Part shown: positions 33,124 through 39,493 of the stretch, piece after piece
Layout of the letters: every line of letters starts with the position of its first letter
How positions within the stretch are numbered: position 1 is the stretch's first letter
From: Culturomica massiliensis
Lineage (GTDB): Bacteria > Bacteroidota > Bacteroidia > Bacteroidales > Marinifilaceae
Length of the DNA: 64,000 bases
Direction of reading: 5' to 3'
Assembly: GCF_900091655.1 (NCBI RefSeq)
Contig: NZ_LT594621.1
Span: forward strand, 2,715,858-2,779,857
Made by a program: the position numbers and the translations under genes
Notes under the pieces: generated by a model
Seen by the model: the letters and a program-made list of their open reading frames with translations, nothing else
The model's database searches: none
What the model was told of the DNA's origin: nothing

Positions 33124-35085
33124 ATGCACTCCCCACTAACTATGTACTCCCCACTAACAGTTATAATTCCATTTTTAAATGAAGGTGATGAAGTTGAAAA
33201 TACTGTAAAAAGCATAAGGGAAACAAATAGGGAGTATATCGAAATAATATTGATAAACGATTGTTCCAGTGATGGGTATGATTACGAAAGAGTAGCTACT
33301 ATATATAATACACAATATATCGTTAACCCACAGAGAATGGGTGTTGCCAAAAGCAGAGAAATAGGGGTATCTTTAATCAAAACGCCGTTTTTTATTCTTC
33401 TCGATGCTCACATGAGATTTTATAAAGAGAATTGGTGTGATATCCTTGTCTCCTATTTAGAGAAGGAGGATCGAGCATTATACTGTCTTGCTTGTAAGGC
33501 AATTGATAAATCAGGTGAACCTATAAATAATCTTATCGGATGTGGTGCTAAACTATTTTTATATGGGAACGATTTTTCAAAAATATTACAGCCGGAATGG
33601 ATAACCGAAGAAATTCCATATCAAGAAAAGGATATAGAAGAAATCCCTTGCATTTTAGGAGCGGCTTATGCCATGTCCAGTCGCTATTGGAATTACCTGA
33701 AAGGCTTATCGATGCTCAAATATTACGGGGCAGACGAAGCTTATCTTAGTCTGAAAGTCTGGTTAGAAGGCGGACGATGTATATTGATTAAAAATACGAT
33801 TACCGGGCATATCTTCAGAACAGGCACTCAAACGCCTTATGCCATGTATTGGCCGCATTTATTTTTTAATAAACTGATTATTTCTGAAACAGTATTGCCG
33901 GAAGATTATAAACGATATGTTCACGCAAAATTAATGGCTTTGAATCCCGAAGCCTACATGACGGCATATGCAGAACTTATAAAAGTAAAAGACGATATCG
34001 TCAATTTACGGTCCTATTATCAAGCTATTTTTACAAAAAACTTTGATTTTTTCAAGCAAATCAATCAAAAATACATCGATTCTGAAAATACCGATATCCC
34101 CTCTATAAAAATAAACGAGGAAGACGGTATCCGAAAAGTTTTGAAATCGGTTTATGATTATTTGATTAAAAATAATTCCTCAACGATTGGTTTTGGAGTA
34201 GGTGGCTTAGGAGAAATAATGTATATGGCTGAATATGCTAGTATATACGCTAAAGACGAATTACCTAAGGTAAAAAAATTACTCGACGAATTGCTGGAAA
34301 ATAGTAAACTTGAGCAATTCGATTTCGAAACGGGGCTATCTGGCTTAGCCTGGGGACTGAATTATCTGAACCGTCATTTCCATGCTTTTGATATCGATGA
34401 ACAATTCAAAGAATCAGATAAGCTGTTATGTAATGTTTTGTATGATAAAATCCAAAAACAGGATTTTGCCATCCCGGGCGGTGCGTTGGGAATTTCTTTC
34501 CCTTTTATGGAAAGAAAAAACAATAAAACTTTAAATGATACTATCGACATATTGTTAAGATATATAAATGCTTATATCTTTCGGTACAAAGATCGGATTC
34601 CCCGGTTCACATTATTCGAGATTACCTATTTTCTGATTTTAGCCCGTGACAAAAATTTTTGTATTTCAGATTCTCTGCATCTCGTATCTCAAGTTCTGTC
34701 AGACAGTGATAAAACAGATTATCTTTCCGAATGTATCTCGGCCTACCTTATGATAGCTATAAATGAAAAAACAGAAAATTCCTCAAAAGATTTCCATTAC
34801 AATACACTGAGAAAGTCGGCGGCTTGCCGGGAAGCTGTTTTGGCTAAAGTATCGGAAATAGGTATTTATAAAGGATATCCATTACTGATGTATATATTCC
34901 ATGCTATGTATAGAAAAACGCAAGAAACGGTATTTAGAGATGCCCTGGCCTATTGGAAGCAAGAAACGGCATTGAAAACAGCAAGCATACTGCTTCACAC
35001 CTCCGTTTTAAGCGAAACTGAAAAGAGTTTTCTATATGGAATCGCAGGGGCCGCATTCGTTATATTAAAAACAAATCAACAATGA
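33124..35085 (+). CDS. Peptide glycosyltransferase candidate. It has an N-terminal GT-A (family-2-like) domain with ppGalNAc-T-like motifs, fused to a roughly 350-aa all-alpha C-terminal domain.
   Basis: 653 aa. The N-terminal 270 aa carry VIIPFLNEGDEV, LINDCSSD, LLDAHMRF (DxH), YYGADEAYLSLKVWLEGG (Gal/GalNAc-T-motif-like) and GHIFR. The C-terminal part is helical with GxxG-type repeats (GFGVGGLG, GLSGLAWGL, LYGIAGAAF). It is the first gene of the AT-rich operon. Confidence 0.6.
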   Translation: MHSPLTMYSPLTVIIPFLNEGDEVENTVKSIRETNREYIEIILINDCSSDGYDYERVATIYNTQYIVNPQRMGVAKSREIGVSLIKTPFFILLDAHMRFYKENWCDILVSYLEKEDRALYCLACKAIDKSGEPINNLIGCGAKLFLYGNDFSKILQPEWITEEIPYQEKDIEEIPCILGAAYAMSSRYWNYLKGLSMLKYYGADEAYLSLKVWLEGGRCILIKNTITGHIFRTGTQTPYAMYWPHLFFNKLIISETVLPEDYKRYVHAKLMALNPEAYMTAYAELIKVKDDIVNLRSYYQAIFTKNFDFFKQINQKYIDSENTDIPSIKINEEDGIRKVLKSVYDYLIKNNSSTIGFGVGGLGEIMYMAEYASIYAKDELPKVKKLLDELLENSKLEQFDFETGLSGLAWGLNYLNRHFHAFDIDEQFKESDKLLCNVLYDKIQKQDFAIPGGALGISFPFMERKNNKTLNDTIDILLRYINAYIFRYKDRIPRFTLFEITYFLILARDKNFCISDSLHLVSQVLSDSDKTDYLSECISAYLMIAINEKTENSSKDFHYNTLRKSAACREAVLAKVSEIGIYKGYPLLMYIFHAMYRKTQETVFRDALAYWKQETALKTASILLHTSVLSETEKSFLYGIAGAAFVILKTNQQ

Positions 35086-37448
35086 AATATTTATATTTGA
35101 TTTTTATATTGACTCTATCGCTGCAATCCGTAAAATCGCAGATTTTAATAGGACGTGTTACCGATCTCTCGGACAAACCTTTGTCGGAAGCTACGATTGT
35201 GATTACAGACAGCATGTATTACAACATCCTTATCACAGACATGAAAGGAGGGTTTCGTGCCTTGGACTGTCCCGACAGCATAACAATCCGGATTTCGTAT
35301 GTGGGATTCGCTACCTGGCAGAAAGATATAGTCATAAGTCAACTGAAGGACAGCTTGTTAACAGTAAAACTCGAACCGTCGAATATGGAATTGGACGACG
35401 TTATTGTGACCGCGCAACCGCCGAAAATCAAAAAAGAGCTGGGTAAGTTCGTAATGGACAACGTATCTGTATCGCCCTTTGCCAAAGGAACCAATGCACA
35501 GGGTTTTCTTCGTTTTATTCCTATTTTGAACACTGCCACTAACGGCACCGTCAAGATATTACACAGAAATGAGCCGGCAACCATTCAAATTAACGGCCGG
35601 CCGGCAACCATGCCGCTTAACCTTATACCAGCCCGCAATATCGATCGTATCGAAATAATCGCTGTTCCAGGAGCAGAATACGGCGGCAGCAAAGGCGGAA
35701 TAATCAATGTCGTGTTAAAAAAAGAAATGGACGAAGGATTGAAAGCAGTAGTCAGTCTGAGCGATAAACAAAGCTATTATAATACACAGAATATCGGAAC
35801 ATTTATCTACTATTCAGGAAAAAAAATACGTATTATGGGTAGTGTTTCCGGAAATAATTTCAAAATGCGGTTAAAAAACGACTATAAACATATTCTGGCT
35901 GCCGAAAATAAAGTTTGGGATATCGTTTCTCCAATTAAAATTACCAAAAAGACCTTAAGTGCAAGCTTTAATCTGGAATACTTGCCTACCGACCGGCAGA
36001 CATGGGGATTCCAGGTATCCGCTTTCGGTTCTGAAGACGAAAATACCTTCCATAGCAAGACAGTTTATTACAGGACAGAAACCATTACACCGGATTCTAT
36101 TTTTAAGACAAAGATCAAGAACGACAATCCATTCAGACCGCACCTAAGCGCAAACGTGAGTTATAACCTGAAAATGGATAACAACGGAAGTAAATGGAAC
36201 ACCAATCTATATTACGGGCATTACAACAACAAAACCAATACCCGTGAAATAACCGGAGAATATCGCCAAAACGACCCATCCGGCAAAGAAATCAATGCGA
36301 CACAATATACTTCCGTAAAAGTAGACTACAGCGGGTTGACAACCGATCTCCACAAAAAGTTCAATGACGACAACACATTGAAAAGCGGAGCCAATTTATA
36401 TTATTACCACATGAACAACAAACTAGCTTATGAACAGACAAGCGGTACAAAATACGGACCTGAGCCTGTGGGTAGCTATTCGTTTCTTCACAAAGAGTTT
36501 ACCGGAGCTTTTTATATCACTTACGAGCGGGTATGGTCAGATATGTTCGAAACCTCATTAGGAATAAGAACACAATACCGATGGGTAAACGGTATCGACA
36601 CAAGGTGGAGTAACCGCATAATTAAAGACTATTTCCATATTCTTCCGTCTGTTTCTCTGTTATTTACACCAAACGATGAGCATGAGTTCTCATTAGATCT
36701 AAGCTCGTCGGTATCTTACCCCTCACTTAACAACCTGACCTCTTTCAAATATTTTTTGTCAGCCAATGAATACTCTCAGGGGAATCCGGATTTACTCGCT
36801 TCGCGTAATTTTGATTTCATGTTTTCCTATAATTTCTTCGATGATTACAGTTTCGTTGTCGACTATATGCACGATACCGACTGCTGGAGCGATTTTGTCA
36901 TCCCGGACAAAGACGGCAATATCGTACATACACAAGCGAATTACGGCAATTGTGATGATATAGACTTCGCATTTATCATTCAAAAATATTTTTTCAACAA
37001 TCGTTGGATGCTTAGTAGTGACCTCGGTGCAAATTATACTTATGATAAAGGAAGTTATAAAGGAATCAGAATAGATAATAAAAATTGGAGTTACAACTTC
37101 CGGCTGAGCAACAATATTTTCTTGTCAAAGGATCAGAGTTGGCTAGCAGTAGTTGTATATAAATTTTCGAGTAAATCCAGAAATACAGTAACCATACCTG
37201 CCCATCATTCGATAGAAGCCAGCATACAAAAGACATTTAAAAATAGTTCGCTTTCAATTAATGCAGAGACGATGTTTAATAATAAAATGCAACTCAGCAG
37301 CAATTATGCGGAATCAGGGTATAGCTATAAGCTGACCAAACAATTTTATCCGTCTGTTTCGATAAATTATACCTATACATTCGGAAATAAAAAAGTAAGA
37401 AATATATATGAACGAAAAGATAGTAATATTTTAGATCGGATAAAATGA
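35082..37448 (+). CDS. Outer-membrane beta-barrel protein (TonB-dependent-receptor-like: CarbopepD_reg-like N-domain plus plug plus barrel)
   Basis: 788 aa. It has a signal peptide (LSLQSVKSQ), a GRVTDLSDKPLSEATIVI motif and a plug-like region (ATIQINGRPATMPLNLIPARNIDRIEI). It overlaps the upstream GT gene by 4 nt. Confidence 0.65.
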   Translation: MKYLYLIFILTLSLQSVKSQILIGRVTDLSDKPLSEATIVITDSMYYNILITDMKGGFRALDCPDSITIRISYVGFATWQKDIVISQLKDSLLTVKLEPSNMELDDVIVTAQPPKIKKELGKFVMDNVSVSPFAKGTNAQGFLRFIPILNTATNGTVKILHRNEPATIQINGRPATMPLNLIPARNIDRIEIIAVPGAEYGGSKGGIINVVLKKEMDEGLKAVVSLSDKQSYYNTQNIGTFIYYSGKKIRIMGSVSGNNFKMRLKNDYKHILAAENKVWDIVSPIKITKKTLSASFNLEYLPTDRQTWGFQVSAFGSEDENTFHSKTVYYRTETITPDSIFKTKIKNDNPFRPHLSANVSYNLKMDNNGSKWNTNLYYGHYNNKTNTREITGEYRQNDPSGKEINATQYTSVKVDYSGLTTDLHKKFNDDNTLKSGANLYYYHMNNKLAYEQTSGTKYGPEPVGSYSFLHKEFTGAFYITYERVWSDMFETSLGIRTQYRWVNGIDTRWSNRIIKDYFHILPSVSLLFTPNDEHEFSLDLSSSVSYPSLNNLTSFKYFLSANEYSQGNPDLLASRNFDFMFSYNFFDDYSFVVDYMHDTDCWSDFVIPDKDGNIVHTQANYGNCDDIDFAFIIQKYFFNNRWMLSSDLGANYTYDKGSYKGIRIDNKNWSYNFRLSNNIFLSKDQSWLAVVVYKFSSKSRNTVTIPAHHSIEASIQKTFKNSSLSINAETMFNNKMQLSSNYAESGYSYKLTKQFYPSVSINYTYTFGNKKVRNIYERKDSNILDRIK

Positions 37449-37501
37449 AAAAGCGGAACCCGAAAAGCATAAAGAGTAGGGAAAATATTATATTTTATAT
37501 T

Positions 37502-37801
37502 ATGAACCATAAATTGAAAATTGTGGAAGACTTTCTGAATTCATTGGAAAGCGAGCAACTGAAAGCAAATCAGGATACAATGCTCATAAGCGGTTCCTAT
37601 GAAAATCAATCAGGAGCAATAGGAACTAACGCAAGCAGATGTGTTAATGGAACAACCGCTTGTATTGGTTCTATTAATGACAGGCGGTGTTCCAATGGTG
37701 TTTGTGATTATACGATTAATGGTAAAAAATGTACGACAGTTAATGTCCCGACACCGGCACCGACACCGACACCAACCCCTGCAACGGGAGGCTCAATTTA
37801 G
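37502..37801 (+). CDS. Precursor peptide A1 (leader plus 5-Cys core plus Pro/Thr-rich tail)
   Basis: The sequence is MNHKLKIVEDFLNSLESEQLKANQDTMLISGSYENQSGA / IGTNASRCVNGTTACIGSINDRRCSNGVCDYTINGKKCTTVNVPTPAPTPTPTPATGGSI. Its leader is about 75% identical to that of A2. An alternative upstream start at 37445 adds a 19-aa basic extension that A2 lacks. Confidence 0.7.
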   Translation: MNHKLKIVEDFLNSLESEQLKANQDTMLISGSYENQSGAIGTNASRCVNGTTACIGSINDRRCSNGVCDYTINGKKCTTVNVPTPAPTPTPTPATGGSI

Positions 37802-37812
37802 TTGAGATTCTC

Positions 37813-37843
37813 AGGGTTTATGTAGATATTTTTGCATAAACCC
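37813..37843 (+). terminator. Intra-operon hairpin (partial terminator/attenuator) directly after precursor A1
   Basis: AGGGTTTATG-(11 nt)-CATAAACCCT forms a perfect 10-bp stem followed by TTATTA. Confidence 0.5.
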
Positions 37844-37917
37844 TTTATTAAAAGAAAGATTTATCAGGAATTTCATTTCTATCTATTAAGCCATTACTCA
37901 CATTCTACCGATAAAAA

Positions 37918-39228
37918 ATGACCGATTACAAATTCAGTAAGTATAATTCGATATTAAAAACCGATGCTAAATTAAACGTATTGTACAATGGGTTGAGCGA
38001 CCGATTCATAGTGTTCAGAAAAAAACTCCGGGCACTGTTGGATAAAGATATCGAAGAATTGAAAAATACATCGGAAGAATTTTATCGTACATTAGTAGAA
38101 GCTGATGCAATTATAGCAACCGACCGAGACGAATTCGCAGAACTGAAAAGCCTGAGTGAAAAGATAGACAACGCACAGCATGAATGCAAAATAATTGTTA
38201 ATCCGACGATGGATTGCAATTTTAAATGCTGGTATTGTTATGAAAATCATGTCGTCAATTCAAAAATCAATTCCGATATTCTGGAACGGATCAAACGATT
38301 GATCAGGCGACAAACAGAAAATGAGCAAATCGAATTTATAGATCTGGCATTCTTCGGAGGAGAACCTCTTCTCCAATATCCTGCCATCAAAGAACTGATC
38401 GACTATACCAGGGAACAATGCTGTTATCAAAAAAAGAATTACCACCTTGGATTTACTTCAAATGGATACTTACTGAATGAGGAAATAATCAATCATCTGA
38501 GCAGTATCGAAGACTCCAAAAGCTTTCAGATCACTCTCGACGGAGACCGGGAAAAGCATAATAAAATCAGGCATGAAAAAAATAACAGTGACTCATATGA
38601 TACAATCATATTCAATAGTAAAATACTATTGAAACATAAAATACACGTCCTGCTAAGAATAAACTATACATTGCATAATATATTATCCGTCAAAAATATA
38701 TTAGCAGATATAAATGATATTCCGGAAACAGACAGAAAATACCTCAGGATCAGTTTTCACCGGGTATGGCAGGATATAGACCATGATGAGGGAAATAAAA
38801 CATTGATCGCAGATATCATAGAGTCATTTAAAAGCGAATTCGATCAAACTAACGATTCATATCATATGAATGACATGCATTACCCATGCTACGGAGATAA
38901 ACAAGGGACAGTAGTTGTGAATTACAATGGGGATGTCTATAAATGTACCGCACGGAATTTCTCGGCAGAAAATCGATATGGCATATTACTATCCGATGGG
39001 ACAATAGCCTGGGATCAGCAAAAACTTGAAAAACGGAAACATGCTAAAATGAACAAAGAGATATGTAAATCATGCCGTATATTACCACTATGTGGAGGAG
39101 GATGTGCACAAAATTCGGTCGAAAATCCCGATAATTTTTGCGGATTAGCTTTCACTGAATCCGACAAAGACCGAATCATATTTAATCATTTTTACAATAG
39201 ATATTTAAACAATACATACAATGAATAA
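37918..39228 (+). CDS. Radical SAM/SPASM-domain peptide maturase (sactisynthase/ranthipeptide-synthase-like) with an N-terminal leader-recognition-like extension
   Basis: 436 aa. The CX3CX2C motif (CNFKCWYC) lies at about residue 100 after a roughly 95-aa N-terminal domain. A GGEP-like motif (FFGGEPLL) is present. The C-terminal Cys-rich SPASM region is CYGDKQ...YKCTARNF...CKSCRILPLCGGGCAQN...FCGLAF. Confidence 0.75.
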   Translation: MTDYKFSKYNSILKTDAKLNVLYNGLSDRFIVFRKKLRALLDKDIEELKNTSEEFYRTLVEADAIIATDRDEFAELKSLSEKIDNAQHECKIIVNPTMDCNFKCWYCYENHVVNSKINSDILERIKRLIRRQTENEQIEFIDLAFFGGEPLLQYPAIKELIDYTREQCCYQKKNYHLGFTSNGYLLNEEIINHLSSIEDSKSFQITLDGDREKHNKIRHEKNNSDSYDTIIFNSKILLKHKIHVLLRINYTLHNILSVKNILADINDIPETDRKYLRISFHRVWQDIDHDEGNKTLIADIIESFKSEFDQTNDSYHMNDMHYPCYGDKQGTVVVNYNGDVYKCTARNFSAENRYGILLSDGTIAWDQQKLEKRKHAKMNKEICKSCRILPLCGGGCAQNSVENPDNFCGLAFTESDKDRIIFNHFYNRYLNNTYNE

Positions 39229-39487
39229 AATAAAAATCGTAAAAGACTTTCTAAATTCCTTAGAAAGCGAACAAATGCAAGACGGACAAGATATTCTGTT
39301 ATTGTCAAAACCACAGGAGAACTATTCTGCCGGAACTTCTATCAACAGCCGATGTTATAATGGGAATGCGACTTGCAACAGCAGTCAGAATGAAAAAAAA
39401 TGCTTTAACGAAAAAAATTACTGCAACCAAGCCTACAATTCCGGAAGGTGTAAAGAACAGAAACCCCGTTGGGCGAAGAAGAAATAG
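39221..39487 (+). CDS. Precursor peptide A2 (leader plus 5-Cys core plus Lys-rich tail)
   Basis: The sequence is MNKIKIVKDFLNSLESEQMQDGQDILLLSKPQENYSAG / TSINSRCYNGNATCNSSQNEKKCFNEKNYCNQAYNSGRCKEQKPRWAKKK. Its start overlaps the rSAM stop by 8 nt. Confidence 0.7.
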   Translation: MNKIKIVKDFLNSLESEQMQDGQDILLLSKPQENYSAGTSINSRCYNGNATCNSSQNEKKCFNEKNYCNQAYNSGRCKEQKPRWAKKK

Positions 39488-39493
39488 GAATAA

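Noticed and set aside
32617-33129. 170-aa minus-strand ORF spanning the flotillin 3' end and the AT-rich spacer
   Set aside because: It overlaps the flotillin stop region and otherwise runs through low-complexity AT-rich intergenic DNA. No domain is recognisable. It is more likely island-boundary and promoter sequence.
33430-35085. LanC-like lanthionine cyclase assignment for the C-terminal half of the GT fusion
   Set aside because: GxxG helical repeats are present, but the conserved Cys/His zinc ligands of LanC are absent. Only a generic alpha-helical peptide-binding domain can be claimed.
37445-37501. Upstream ATG that would add MKKRNPKSIKSRENIIFYI to precursor A1
   Set aside because: The paralog A2 starts directly at MNKIKIV, and the shared leader begins at the internal Met. 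The upstream ATG overlaps the OM-barrel stop and may be fortuitous. It is kept only as an alternative.
37610-39400. N-x-S/T sequons in the precursor cores (NAS, NGT, NAT, NSS) as N-glycosylation sites
   Set aside because: The cores are so rich in Asn, Ser and Thr that sequons are expected by chance. The operon's GT resembles O- or S-type peptide transferases, not an N-glycosyltransferase.
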